Source: a virus | Taxonomy: Duplodnaviria > Caudoviricetes | Virus record (IMG/VR): IMGVR_UViG_3300017767_000008 | Location: 1 to 63,413 of that record | DNA length: 63,413 bases | Direction: 5' to 3' (one strand) | In this document: piece by piece, positions 49,531 to 59,596 of the stretch | Layout of the letters: each line of letters opens with the position of its first letter | Position numbering within the stretch: position 1 is the stretch's first letter | Program-made: the position numbers and the translations under genes | Notes under the pieces: generated by a model | What the model was told of the DNA's origin: nothing | Database searches by the model: none | What the model saw: only the letters and a program-made list of their open reading frames with translations

Positions 49531-51600
49531 ATGTCTGATAATCCACGAAAACGAAAACCAAAGAATCGAAAATACAATTATGATCAATTTGTCATTAGTG
49601 ATCAACAGAATACGTTCTTGATTGACCCGCTGACAGGGCTTGCTAACAATGACCCAGACCCGTCTTTTTCTTTGCCAACGCCCGGACAACCGGCTCCAAA
49701 TCCACTTCCGCCTCCAACAATAAATCCGACTCCGACTCCCGGAACTCAGCCAGGAGGAACAACACCCCCGCCTTCAACAAATCCCCCTCCGAGCGAAGGG
49801 GGAACCGTATCACTAAATCCTACTGAAACAGCGCCAACTTCGGGTTCTGGTGCAGTATCCGGTGCTGCAAACGCTCAAGCCAACATCATAACAAACGAGG
49901 ATTCACCGGCTGTTCAGCAACAAGCAAACGATAACACACAGGAAAATCAGGATGCCCTTGCAGAATTTTGGGATGAATACCGATTTCCCATTGCTGTCGC
50001 TGGTGTTGCTGCTGCAGGTGCAGCGATTGACTTAAACCGAAAAGAGGACAAAAGCCTCCTTAAACGTCTTTTCAGCGCTTCAAAATCAAAAGCAGATTCA
50101 GTATTCCTTGAATACGCCTCCGGCATAAGAGCCAATGATGAAAGAATGAAAGAATTGCTACGAAGAGATTTTGCGCGTAATGGTCCGCTTTACACGGCAT
50201 GGACTCAAAACCAACTCACCTTATCGACAAACCGTGATTCTTGGATTGCTTACGGAAAACCATACACAAGGGCTAATTTCCCTCTCAAGGATTGGCCGGG
50301 TTTCGCCACGATCAAAGAGCCCGCCAATATTTTTCTTGTCAATCTCGAAACGGGGCAGGTTTTTGATGAAACAACTGGAAAAGCGAAAATGTCAACCGGG
50401 GATTGGGTCGGAGTTGTAGCAGACGCTAGAACGAACACCGTCACCGTGACTGATGAATCCGGACGACAGCAGGTTCTTTCAAGGGTGAAACGTGGAACTT
50501 TTCTCGAAGAACTAGAAAATACTCCTGAAAACGTTCTAGCTGGAGTGAAATATGTTGATCCTCTTTCCGGTGGAGTGACTGGAACTTCGGATTTATCCAT
50601 TGCCGCACAATTGCGTACAAAAGAGCGTGAAACACTTGAAAGGCAATTGGCTGAATTAGAGGCGGGCATGGGCGATTTAGACCCTCTTGAAAGAGTCGCT
50701 ATGGAAGAAGAAAGAATGGAGCGCCAGCGCATTTCCGATGAGCAACAAAAGGCAGCAATAGCAGAGTTCCAGGCTTCTGAAAAGGCCAAAAAAGAAGCCC
50801 AAGAGAAAAAGGAAAAGGATGCAATCGAAAAGGCCGCACAAAAATTAGGCTTGAAACTCCCCGATACACAAGTGGATCAAACGAGGTATAAGGTCGATTT
50901 AGAGTGGGTAAAAAGATACGTTGATTCCGGTCTTGCAGGTCAATGTGAAACAGATTGCATCGAATCATGGTCATACGACTTTGATGCCGATGGATCGGAA
51001 TTGGTCATTGAATATACTCCTGAGTATCGAGCATCAATCAATTTACCAGAAGGCTACAAAGAAAGATTTTCAAGAAAAAGACTCATTGAAATAAATGGAA
51101 TGCCTCAACAATATGGCCCTGGTTTAACCGCACTTTGGGAAAGGGGCGGAGGGGTCACTGGAACATTACCAGATTGGGCTAAATCGTTTGGAAAAAGAGT
51201 CAACGTCGATATTACAAGCGCTGCAGTAGCGGCGGCAAACCCGCTTGCTGGATTTGGGAGTATGATGTCAACTTATCCGCCTCAGAGAATGTTCGGGCGA
51301 AATATTTCCTCTGCAAAAGCCCGTGAAATGGGGCTGACTGTACGTTCAAATCCAGTTAAAATAAGAAATATCAATGTTCTAAGGAAAGGAGCCAAAGGCA
51401 GAACCGTTCGAGAAAACAGGCGTTATGTCAATTTCGCCAATGAAAGCCTGACAAGAAATTCTGCAAGAACGCGTGCTGAAGGATTGAGGCGTAAATTCAA
51501 TGTCTATGTCAGAACTGTTCCTATTGGATCAACAAACAGATACAGAAATTACATTCACTTTCCGAAAAGAACAACCAATACCAAGAGAAAAAGTAGGTGA
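49531..51600 (+). CDS. Pro/Thr-rich and coiled-coil protein with a C-terminal tag
   Basis: PT-rich linker; IAVAGVAAAGAAI hydrophobic patch; ARTRAEGLRRKFNVYVRTVPIG...YRNY. Confidence 0.8.
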   Translation: MSDNPRKRKPKNRKYNYDQFVISDQQNTFLIDPLTGLANNDPDPSFSLPTPGQPAPNPLPPPTINPTPTPGTQPGGTTPPPSTNPPPSEGGTVSLNPTETAPTSGSGAVSGAANAQANIITNEDSPAVQQQANDNTQENQDALAEFWDEYRFPIAVAGVAAAGAAIDLNRKEDKSLLKRLFSASKSKADSVFLEYASGIRANDERMKELLRRDFARNGPLYTAWTQNQLTLSTNRDSWIAYGKPYTRANFPLKDWPGFATIKEPANIFLVNLETGQVFDETTGKAKMSTGDWVGVVADARTNTVTVTDESGRQQVLSRVKRGTFLEELENTPENVLAGVKYVDPLSGGVTGTSDLSIAAQLRTKERETLERQLAELEAGMGDLDPLERVAMEEERMERQRISDEQQKAAIAEFQASEKAKKEAQEKKEKDAIEKAAQKLGLKLPDTQVDQTRYKVDLEWVKRYVDSGLAGQCETDCIESWSYDFDADGSELVIEYTPEYRASINLPEGYKERFSRKRLIEINGMPQQYGPGLTALWERGGGVTGTLPDWAKSFGKRVNVDITSAAVAAANPLAGFGSMMSTYPPQRMFGRNISSAKAREMGLTVRSNPVKIRNINVLRKGAKGRTVRENRRYVNFANESLTRNSARTRAEGLRRKFNVYVRTVPIGSTNRYRNYIHFPKRTTNTKRKSR

Positions 51601-51604
51601 TTGA

Positions 51605-52813
51605 TTGAATCCATTGATGGATTATTTCGGAAAAAGGGGCGTTGATTTCAAAAGTAAAATCCCACCACAAATTTACAAAGACGGGTGGGATGAAATAGGC
51701 GTTTATCCAAACGTTGCAGTGTTTCTCAAAAGAAATAGTGATTTCAAATATCCTCATGGTGGAAAAAATGAACTTTTAATCTCTTTTGCAGACGGAGATG
51801 AAACCTATACGAAAGACAGCGAACAAGTCAAACAAGTTATGATGATGTTAGCCGCTGATCGTGTAGGCAATACTGGCGGTTTTGCTAGAATCGGTTCAAT
51901 GCCTTCGAAGGGCAGGGGCTTGGCTGAAGATTTGCAGCGATCTATACGCGTCGAATCACTGCTATGGGATTTCAAATATTATCCCGATGTTGCCCCCTGG
52001 GATGATGGTGAATATGGTTCGCAATTCCAAGAGCCAACTTGGATTGAGAGCGATACGTCTTTGAACAAATACGGCGCTTGGCAAGGCTTTCCTCAATTTA
52101 GAGCGCAGAAAAGAACGGAGGGTGCAATGAGGCTCATGGGAGAGCTTGAAGATGACGACTGGGATGACGACTACTATGTTCGAACTCCTGAATGGGATGC
52201 TTGGTTTCAACAGACTAAACAAAATGAACTAAGAGATTCCGTTGAAGCAAATAACGATCTTGCATTGGAAAAAAGAAATGAAGCAATCAAGGCTGCAGAA
52301 GATAAAATCAAACAAATAAGGGGGCAAAAATATGATTTTTCAACAAACAGTAGCGCATATTTGAAAAGGAAAAACAAGGCACCTTTGAACAAGAGGCGAA
52401 GACGCATGGTACGAGAAACAAGATTTCGGAAGGCTATACCCGTTAAGGGAACGGACTTGAAAATGGTTGGATTGGGTATGGATAAAAACGGAAATTCCGT
52501 TGTCCGGCTCAAGCCCATGTACGGCAACGCCAGGGGTTTCTCAATACAAACAAACGGAAATCTCCCTGCACTTCACCGAATGCGAGGCAACTACAGAACC
52601 AATAATATCAACAATACAATGTTTGATCCAACGGGCTCTTCTAAATCCACTGCAATGATTAACAAGCAGATTGCTGATTATATCGACAAATATGGTACTC
52701 CAAGACAAACCAAAATGGCGCTCAACCGTGAAAGTGGAGGCCGATTGAAATATCCAAACAGTCGAGGCAACGTAGGCTATTATGGCGGTGCAATGGGGCG
52801 GAGGCGACGTTGA
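51605..52813 (+). CDS. Two-domain hypothetical protein (acidic N-terminal half, basic C-terminal half)
   Basis: AGGTGA SD; C-terminal domain contains GFSIQTNGNLP. Confidence 0.75.
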   Translation: MNPLMDYFGKRGVDFKSKIPPQIYKDGWDEIGVYPNVAVFLKRNSDFKYPHGGKNELLISFADGDETYTKDSEQVKQVMMMLAADRVGNTGGFARIGSMPSKGRGLAEDLQRSIRVESLLWDFKYYPDVAPWDDGEYGSQFQEPTWIESDTSLNKYGAWQGFPQFRAQKRTEGAMRLMGELEDDDWDDDYYVRTPEWDAWFQQTKQNELRDSVEANNDLALEKRNEAIKAAEDKIKQIRGQKYDFSTNSSAYLKRKNKAPLNKRRRRMVRETRFRKAIPVKGTDLKMVGLGMDKNGNSVVRLKPMYGNARGFSIQTNGNLPALHRMRGNYRTNNINNTMFDPTGSSKSTAMINKQIADYIDKYGTPRQTKMALNRESGGRLKYPNSRGNVGYYGGAMGRRRR

Positions 52814-53371
52814 ATGGGCTCATGCGGGAAACCACAAGGTCAATGCACTTGCGGAACTAAGAATTATCAGAAGCGAATGAATCCAAGAGGTTCAGCAGAT
52901 ATGGCGGATCGCTGGAATGATGATGAGCGCTGGGTTGTTGTCAATACGAATACTGGAAAGGCTATGCGTCGTTTCAAATCCAAAAAGAAGGCTGAAAAAT
53001 ACAAGAGTGATTTGAGAATGCCGAAGGCTCATACAATAGTCGGTCCGACAAACGCTACTGATGCTTCTTTGAAGCAGAACATATACAACTCAAATCCAAG
53101 ATTGCCGAAGGATGGTTCTATGGATGGTGTTTTATCGCGTAATCCTGACCCCCCCAACATGAATACAGGGCGAGGTTTGCCCAGGGGAGCGCCTCTTGGC
53201 TACAATAGCATGGATGAATATTATGCGGCTCAAAGGCAATCGCGTCAAAGGCGGGCTAAATATGTCCTAAACCCCGTCACTGGGAATATGATTCAAAACA
53301 CAAGCAGAAACCGTCAAAGTATCTCAAATCAAATCATGCGTGCTTCAATGAAAATGCGGAGGCGGGTTTGA
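52814..53371 (+). CDS. Basic Cys-leader protein, paralog 1
   Basis: MGSCG...CTCG leader; C-terminal VLNPVTGNMIQNTSRNRQSI. Confidence 0.75.
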   Translation: MGSCGKPQGQCTCGTKNYQKRMNPRGSADMADRWNDDERWVVVNTNTGKAMRRFKSKKKAEKYKSDLRMPKAHTIVGPTNATDASLKQNIYNSNPRLPKDGSMDGVLSRNPDPPNMNTGRGLPRGAPLGYNSMDEYYAAQRQSRQRRAKYVLNPVTGNMIQNTSRNRQSISNQIMRASMKMRRRV

Positions 53372-53658
53372 ATGGGTTCATGTGGCTGCAGTGGTGGAAT
53401 GAAAGACGGACGCGCTTGCACTTGTAATAACTGTATGAAAAAGCGAGGCTATCAAAAGCGTTTCAACTCAGAACCAAACCCTTCGGATTGGATCACGGAC
53501 TCATCATCACGTCAAAAAGAGCTTCAACGGTTAAGACAACTTAACGCTGAAGAAATGCGAATGAACGAACGAAGGCGTATGGATTTGAAAAGAACAAAAT
53601 TTGTCCTAAACCCCGTCACTGGGAATATGATTCAAAACACAAGCAGAAACCGTCAAAG
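53263..53658 (+). repeat. 57-bp exact direct repeat (53263-53319 and 53602-53658)
   Basis: tgtcctaaaccccgtcactgggaatatgattcaaaacacaagcagaaaccgtcaaag occurs in both tandem genes. Confidence 0.92.
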
Positions 53659-53830
53659 CATCCAACGGCAACTGAAGCGTGCTGAAATCAGAATGCGATC
53701 AAGGCGAATGCAGATGGCATCAATCTCCGCCGAGAACAAGCGCTACAATCATTTGATGTGGTGGGTTCCTGGCAACGTTGGTATTGTGGATGCAAAAGGA
53801 CAAATTGGAGTCGATGATCGGGTTGAGTAA
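53372..53830 (+). CDS. Basic Cys-leader protein, paralog 2
   Basis: MGSCGC...CTCNNC leader; same NPVTG module. Confidence 0.75.
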   Translation: MGSCGCSGGMKDGRACTCNNCMKKRGYQKRFNSEPNPSDWITDSSSRQKELQRLRQLNAEEMRMNERRRMDLKRTKFVLNPVTGNMIQNTSRNRQSIQRQLKRAEIRMRSRRMQMASISAENKRYNHLMWWVPGNVGIVDAKGQIGVDDRVE

Positions 53831-53831
53831 G

Positions 53832-54215
53832 ATGAATGGATTACAAAGATTGATTTTTTTGCTCGGTCCAGTAGTAATACTGACTTTTGGATTTTCACTT
53901 CTTGAAGAATCAACTATCGAAAGTATGAATACTGCATTGACAAACACTGCTTGGGCTTTTGCTGGCTCTGCTTTTGGCGTGTTTTACTTCATGGTTTCTG
54001 AAATGGGAATGGCCGACAATAACCGGTCATACGTTGCGAACCCATTGACAGACGTTTTGGCTTTTCTAGGAACCGGGTGGCTGATAATTCGAGCGAATAC
54101 TTTGGATGAGGGAATTTTGGTTCTTGTCGGTTCTGCTATTTTTGTCATTCACGTTTTACAGCTTGCATTCAAATTCGGATTTAATTTCGATGCACCCACA
54201 AAAGAATTCTTTTGA
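53832..54215 (+). CDS. Four-TM membrane protein
   Basis: Start moved to ATG 53832; four hydrophobic segments. Confidence 0.7.
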   Translation: MNGLQRLIFLLGPVVILTFGFSLLEESTIESMNTALTNTAWAFAGSAFGVFYFMVSEMGMADNNRSYVANPLTDVLAFLGTGWLIIRANTLDEGILVLVGSAIFVIHVLQLAFKFGFNFDAPTKEFF

Positions 54216-54415
54216 TTCCCATGTCGATATTTTTCATCACTTCGAGCAATCGAATAATTCATTGCTTTGACGATTATCCCCCCGGTTTGAAACCCAGGAA
54301 AGAAGAAATCAATCATTGCTCATTATGTGGTGCTGATTTGAAGTGCGATAGGGTGATTTACGACCGTTTCAAGCAAATGACAAAAAGTTCAACATACTCA
54401 ATGTGTCATGGTTGA
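54212..54415 (+). CDS. Small putative Zn-binding protein
   Basis: HC...HCSLCG; TTGA overlap with the previous gene. Confidence 0.45.
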   Translation: MIPMSIFFITSSNRIIHCFDDYPPGLKPRKEEINHCSLCGADLKCDRVIYDRFKQMTKSSTYSMCHG

Positions 54416-54488
54416 AAACGGGAAAAAATGTGCGTTTCGGCTTTACGATCCCGATAGCATGAATAATGGATGAATGTTGAATTAAATT

Positions 54489-56921
54489 ATGGCGAAGGCT
54501 CCGGGCTACATTCCCTCAACCAAGGCGGGCTTGACCAAAAAGGCCGGTTATTTCATTGTCGATAAAAATACAGGCACTATGGTTGATCGTCGTTTGTTCG
54601 ACGTGACATACAGGGATAGCGGCTTGATGGTATCAAAAGATGAGCAGAAAGGCGATTATACGGTGACTGCAGGTTGGACTGCAGAAACCATAGATTCCAA
54701 AGACAATCCACTAAAACGTAGTGCTTTGAAAAGTGCTTTGGGTTTGCGTTTTGCTGATGAAACCGTAAGTTCATGGAGAAGGGCAGAAGATGTTTCAGAC
54801 GAAGAAATCTTAGAAAAGGTTTCAAAGAGGTTTGGGATAAGTGGCGGAGGTAGTTCTTTCGGCGGATATTCATACAAAGGAGGTAAAAATCCATCATTCA
54901 AGCTGGATAGGTTTGCAGAAGATCTATCAGGCGACCCCGAAAGAGATTCAAAGGAATTCAAGGGAAAACAATTGGCAGACTTGGTTCGAGAATCATACGG
55001 GCTAAAGAGTGGCGTTAGAACGCTGCCATTCAAATTTCCACGTTTATCTCCTAACGAAATAGCGTTTGAAATACCCCCAAAAGATATGTGGATTTTTGAC
55101 CAAACAGAAGATTTGAAGCCTAACGGTGCAGAATATCAATCGTTAAGGGAGCATCTTATTCGAGATTATGTTCGAGAATACTACGAGGCAAACAACAACA
55201 AAAATTGGAATGACCAGGGGCCTTTCAAGCATTCAGTTCAAGAAAGCGTATCAAATAATTCGGGCTCATGGCGCGTACCTGATTTCGAAACTTTAGGTCT
55301 TTTCAACAGCGTAGTCGCAGACGACTCATCGTTTTCGGATGCTGTCGATGATTGGGATTATCATTTCCCATCTGAAACCGATCCAACGCCAAGAAAACCA
55401 ATCATTGCAGCGCCATATAGAGTTGAAGTTCAATGGGCTACTGAAACACGATATTGGCCCGAAGACGGGGCTGAAGGGCGAAGTCCGGGCAAAGGCTGGC
55501 TGTATTCTGATGGTCCACACCCAAAGAAGCCCGATGAAAGGCCCAATTCTTATCCAGCATGGACTCTTGAAGAGGCAAAAGAGATTATGAATTCCGTTAA
55601 ACAATACGATCCAGACAATGTGACCGTAATGGAAATCAGCGACGAGCATCTTCAGAAATGGGCGGTTCTAGTAAATCGAAGTGGAGATTACAAACTCATC
55701 CAAGATGCCGAAAACAGAGAAGATTACAGAAAGCAGATTTTCAATGGCATGGAAGATTTAGCCGAACTAGCGAATGGATTTATCGAAGATATTCGGGTTT
55801 ATGAAATGAGAGGTGATGAAGGAAAGGACCAATTTTTTGAGTCTGCTTCTGAAGGAGAAGTTGATTTCTTAGACCTTTACAATGATGGAAATTTTGAGGT
55901 CAAAAGCCTAGACAAATTTGGCGGCGTGATGATGAGCAGTATGGTCGATTTCAACTTGAACGCAGAACCAACAGATGACGGAAAGGGTGGCGGTTGGATG
56001 CTCGATGGAAAGGTCCAAGATGGAGCGCCACCGATAAAAGATGAAGTCAAGAAAGTCATTGAAGAATATGATGCATACAAGGCCAACATGAAAGATTTAC
56101 CATATCGTGACCCTTATCATCAAGATGATCCGGTTCATTCATTCGAAGCTCTTTACGAAGCAAACCCCGTTGGCGGTGAGAAAGATAGTACAGACAAAAA
56201 GATAGTAAGAACAGGTTATGGTGCAGAACTTCAACTGCCTGATGGTCATAACTACCCTGCCGACTGGGATCAAGACGATGTTTTAGATTCATTAGAGGCT
56301 GGAAATTATGGCCGCTTTCTGCCGAGAGTGTTTGGAAATGATGCCCGCCGACTATGGTATTCAGCAGAGCCTCAAATTCACGGTATGCCGATTGGTGAAT
56401 TGACCCTAAATCCTAGTGTTAAGGAGAGTAATGATGGTTGGGATTTTACAAAGACTTGGGAAATCAAAAATCAAGGCGGAAAGTATGGTCAGCCATACAG
56501 AATAAGGAGCAATAATGATTTCATAATAAAAAAACCGCCTCATACAAGTGGTTTTGCTACTGGTCAAATCCAGCCTGATTTTCAGCACCAAGGTTGGAAA
56601 AACGGACAAGGCCCGCCATATCCAGGTGATGCAAAAAACAAAAACAAGCCTCATGCATTTAGGCGGATATATCGAGATGCTAGAGGCCGAGATTTAGAAT
56701 ACACGTCGAACAACACAAATTCTGGTTTGGTTATTTGGAAAGACCAAGAAAGCGCTAGGCAATCGGCAAGAATCGCAAGAAGTCGCGGTTGGTTGATCCG
56801 AACTGTTCCTATCGGTCCAAAAACTAAACGAAGATGGGTCAATTTAGGAAATAACAAACTCTTGAAAATGAAAGGTGTTTTGAAGAAGAATCAACCCCAA
56901 TACTGGAGGAAAAAACAATGA
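54489..56921 (+). CDS. Large acidic protein with a C-terminal tag
   Basis: 810 aa; DQESARQSARIARSRGWLIRTVPIG...WVN. Confidence 0.8.
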   Translation: MAKAPGYIPSTKAGLTKKAGYFIVDKNTGTMVDRRLFDVTYRDSGLMVSKDEQKGDYTVTAGWTAETIDSKDNPLKRSALKSALGLRFADETVSSWRRAEDVSDEEILEKVSKRFGISGGGSSFGGYSYKGGKNPSFKLDRFAEDLSGDPERDSKEFKGKQLADLVRESYGLKSGVRTLPFKFPRLSPNEIAFEIPPKDMWIFDQTEDLKPNGAEYQSLREHLIRDYVREYYEANNNKNWNDQGPFKHSVQESVSNNSGSWRVPDFETLGLFNSVVADDSSFSDAVDDWDYHFPSETDPTPRKPIIAAPYRVEVQWATETRYWPEDGAEGRSPGKGWLYSDGPHPKKPDERPNSYPAWTLEEAKEIMNSVKQYDPDNVTVMEISDEHLQKWAVLVNRSGDYKLIQDAENREDYRKQIFNGMEDLAELANGFIEDIRVYEMRGDEGKDQFFESASEGEVDFLDLYNDGNFEVKSLDKFGGVMMSSMVDFNLNAEPTDDGKGGGWMLDGKVQDGAPPIKDEVKKVIEEYDAYKANMKDLPYRDPYHQDDPVHSFEALYEANPVGGEKDSTDKKIVRTGYGAELQLPDGHNYPADWDQDDVLDSLEAGNYGRFLPRVFGNDARRLWYSAEPQIHGMPIGELTLNPSVKESNDGWDFTKTWEIKNQGGKYGQPYRIRSNNDFIIKKPPHTSGFATGQIQPDFQHQGWKNGQGPPYPGDAKNKNKPHAFRRIYRDARGRDLEYTSNNTNSGLVIWKDQESARQSARIARSRGWLIRTVPIGPKTKRRWVNLGNNKLLKMKGVLKKNQPQYWRKKQ

Positions 56922-57607
56922 GCAGACAAAATGATAGAATCATCAAAACCCTCAAGCGAATGAAAAGTGTTGACTTGTCTGACCCCGTTGCTAGGAATTA
57001 TCTTGTCACCCAACTATCTTCATACGCCGGTCCAAAAAGAGAAAACGTGGCTGGAGCAATTCAAGCATACGCAAACACGCAAAAAGACAAGGTGGTTAAT
57101 ACTCGAAAGGAAAGAGAAGTGTTGGCGGTTATGATTACAAGAGAAGCCAACAGAGCTAGAACTTCTGCTCCTTTTACAAGAGGGTTAGCAAGGGCTCGAA
57201 AGCAATTCAAATCAAGAAGGTATAATTTTCAACAATCTCAAGGCAAAGGTGTAAGGAAATTTGACGGCTGGAAAGGGTTTAGGGTTGCAGATGCAAATAC
57301 CCAATTTGACGCTCGAAGACTTGCTCAATTCATACGAAAAAACATGAATAACAACAAGGTTAGAGTGGTTGAATATCAAGCAGGTAAAAAAACCCATTAT
57401 TCTGTTTATTCTGCCAAACCAGTCACCGTCGCTAACAAAAGTTATGTTGATGTATTAGCAAAAGGAAAGGACCAGAACTCTAAGAATTTGATGAAAAGGG
57501 TTCAACGTCCAGGGGAGAAAAGACGGCAGTATTTAGATCATCAACCAGTGATTTTAGTCACGAAAAAGAGGATTCCCGAATTGGGCTTGAGAATGAGGAT
57601 GAGGTGA
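56918..57607 (+). CDS. Highly basic tag-module protein
   Basis: RKFDGWKGF...ARRLAQFIRKNMNNNKVRVV...YSVY. Confidence 0.8.
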   Translation: MSRQNDRIIKTLKRMKSVDLSDPVARNYLVTQLSSYAGPKRENVAGAIQAYANTQKDKVVNTRKEREVLAVMITREANRARTSAPFTRGLARARKQFKSRRYNFQQSQGKGVRKFDGWKGFRVADANTQFDARRLAQFIRKNMNNNKVRVVEYQAGKKTHYSVYSAKPVTVANKSYVDVLAKGKDQNSKNLMKRVQRPGEKRRQYLDHQPVILVTKKRIPELGLRMRMR

Positions 57608-57611
57608 AATA

Positions 57612-59024
57612 ATGGAAAACATTGCTAGATCGGCCAGTGGCCGTTTGAGAAACTACGGCTCGATGAACAACAAGAAATTCAAGGCTATTCTTGATATGTC
57701 AAACACTTTCAAAGATGACAAAGAGGCATACAAGGCAGTCAAGGCTGAAGCCAAAGAAAGAGGCTATGATGATAAACAAAAACAGCCCGTTGCGAACGTT
57801 GACTTTGATTCAAAGAGATCCGCTGCTAAATCAAATAAAGTCAATCAAACAGAAATGGCTCCGAAAATAATGAAGGCTGCTAGGTACAAGGGAAAGAAGA
57901 ATTATTCCGGGTGGCTTATGAGCGAAAAATATGATGGATACAGGGCAATTTGGGATGGTGAAAAGTTCATTTCTAAAAATGGCAACGTCTTTTACGCTCC
58001 AGAAGAATTTACAAAAGGATTTCCAAAGGTAAGGTTGGATGGTGAACTTTGGGCTGGCAGAGAACAGTATCAAAGAGCCGCTTCAATCATCAGAAGAAAA
58101 CCCAAAAGCAAAGATTACAACAAGGACGAATGGAATGAATTGAAGTATGTTGTATTTGATGCTCCAGGACTTTACAAAGGATATTCCGACGTGAAAACAT
58201 TGGCTCAAGATGAGTTCGGTGCTTGGAGTGGCGGGGTTCGAGAATACATGAAAGCCGAAGATTTTGAAGAAGCAATGGATCTAATGCGAGAATGGAAAAG
58301 TGGAATCGCTAAATTGCCTGATGAGAATTGGAAAACAAGCGGATATTACAATCTCGACGGCACGCCGACTGAAGCATTCGGTGGCGGTTGGTTAGGTACG
58401 AAGATGATTCCATCGACAGACAAATTGATTTTAGCTCCGCAAGTGGTTGTTGAAGACGGTTCTCAAGAATCAATTTTAGCCGCTATGGACGACTTGGTGA
58501 TGGGGGGCGCTGAAGGGATTATGCTACGCGACCCTAAATCTCCTTACTCTTCAGGTCGAAAATCTTCAATAATTAAAGTAAAGCCATCATGGACTGAAGA
58601 GGCAAGAGTCATTGGATATGAAGAAGGATTGAATAGCAATGAAGGAAAAGTTGGATCACTGCTAATGGAATCTTTAGCCCAGCCTGGATTGAAATTCAAA
58701 CTTGGAATCGGTTTGACTGATGCAGACAGGTTGAATCCGCCACCAAAAGGCGCTATTGTCGAATACAAATTCCGAGGTAAAATGAAATCTGGTAAGCCTC
58801 GACACGCTTCATTTTTGCGAGTTCGAAAGGACATGAACAGAAGAACTTCTGAATCTATTCGCCACATCAATAATCAGCAATTTAGAGGCATTGGAGCTAC
58901 AAGAAGCAAAACCTACGCTAGAATGGTTGCTGATAGAGTGAGGACGGTTGCTAAAAGAAATGCAAGGGTCATCCCACGAAGCGGGGGATTCGGGATTTAC
59001 GTCAGCAATAGGCGGCGATCTTGA
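57612..59024 (+). CDS. lig: ATP-dependent DNA ligase (minimal NTase + OB type) with a C-terminal tag
   Basis: SEKYDGYR, LDGELW, YVVFD, EGIMLR, KVK, OB-fold GKPRHASFLRVR; then RHINNQQF...RNARVIPRSGGFGIY. Confidence 0.93.
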   Translation: MENIARSASGRLRNYGSMNNKKFKAILDMSNTFKDDKEAYKAVKAEAKERGYDDKQKQPVANVDFDSKRSAAKSNKVNQTEMAPKIMKAARYKGKKNYSGWLMSEKYDGYRAIWDGEKFISKNGNVFYAPEEFTKGFPKVRLDGELWAGREQYQRAASIIRRKPKSKDYNKDEWNELKYVVFDAPGLYKGYSDVKTLAQDEFGAWSGGVREYMKAEDFEEAMDLMREWKSGIAKLPDENWKTSGYYNLDGTPTEAFGGGWLGTKMIPSTDKLILAPQVVVEDGSQESILAAMDDLVMGGAEGIMLRDPKSPYSSGRKSSIIKVKPSWTEEARVIGYEEGLNSNEGKVGSLLMESLAQPGLKFKLGIGLTDADRLNPPPKGAIVEYKFRGKMKSGKPRHASFLRVRKDMNRRTSESIRHINNQQFRGIGATRSKTYARMVADRVRTVAKRNARVIPRSGGFGIYVSNRRRS

Positions 59025-59596
59025 TGAGACCGATTTCAGTGAAAATTTCTCGAAGTCCTAGAAAGGACAAGAAGTTGGTTGCTGAATTTGTTTATGCTAA
59101 CGGGAAAACAAAGAAGACCCATTTCGGAGGCAGAGGATATTCCGATTATACGAAGCACAAAGACCCTCGACGCAAGGAAAGATACCTTCGGCGGCATCAA
59201 AGGAATGAGAATTGGAATGACCCTACAACTGCAGGTGCGCTTTCTCGATGGATACTTTGGAATAAACCAAATCTAAATGCAAGCATACAGGATTTTGAAA
59301 ATAGATTCAATCTTAGTGCAAAACAATACAACAAATCAAGATTTCACCCTTGCGTGGTTGAAGCAAGCCAAAAGACCGGGCTTTCAAAAGAAATTCATCA
59401 AGCCAGCTTCGACAGGGGATGGGGTGCTGCCAATTCGAACCCTCAGTCAGTTCGCAACCGATACAATGGAAAGAAGCGCCCTGGGGGGTGGCCTAAAGGC
59501 GTTAGAATGAGCAATACTCAGTGGGCGTGTGCAAGAACAAAACAACTTCGAAAGGGGAAAAACTACGACCAAGATTTGCTGAGGGATGCTGATTGA
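59021..59596 (+). CDS. DUF5754-like plus DUF5824-like fusion protein
   Basis: KK...THFGGRGYSDYTKHKDPRRKERYLRRH...AGALSRWILW; KTGLSKEIHQASFDRGWGA...QWACAR...DQDL. Confidence 0.7.
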   Translation: MMRPISVKISRSPRKDKKLVAEFVYANGKTKKTHFGGRGYSDYTKHKDPRRKERYLRRHQRNENWNDPTTAGALSRWILWNKPNLNASIQDFENRFNLSAKQYNKSRFHPCVVEASQKTGLSKEIHQASFDRGWGAANSNPQSVRNRYNGKKRPGGWPKGVRMSNTQWACARTKQLRKGKNYDQDLLRDAD

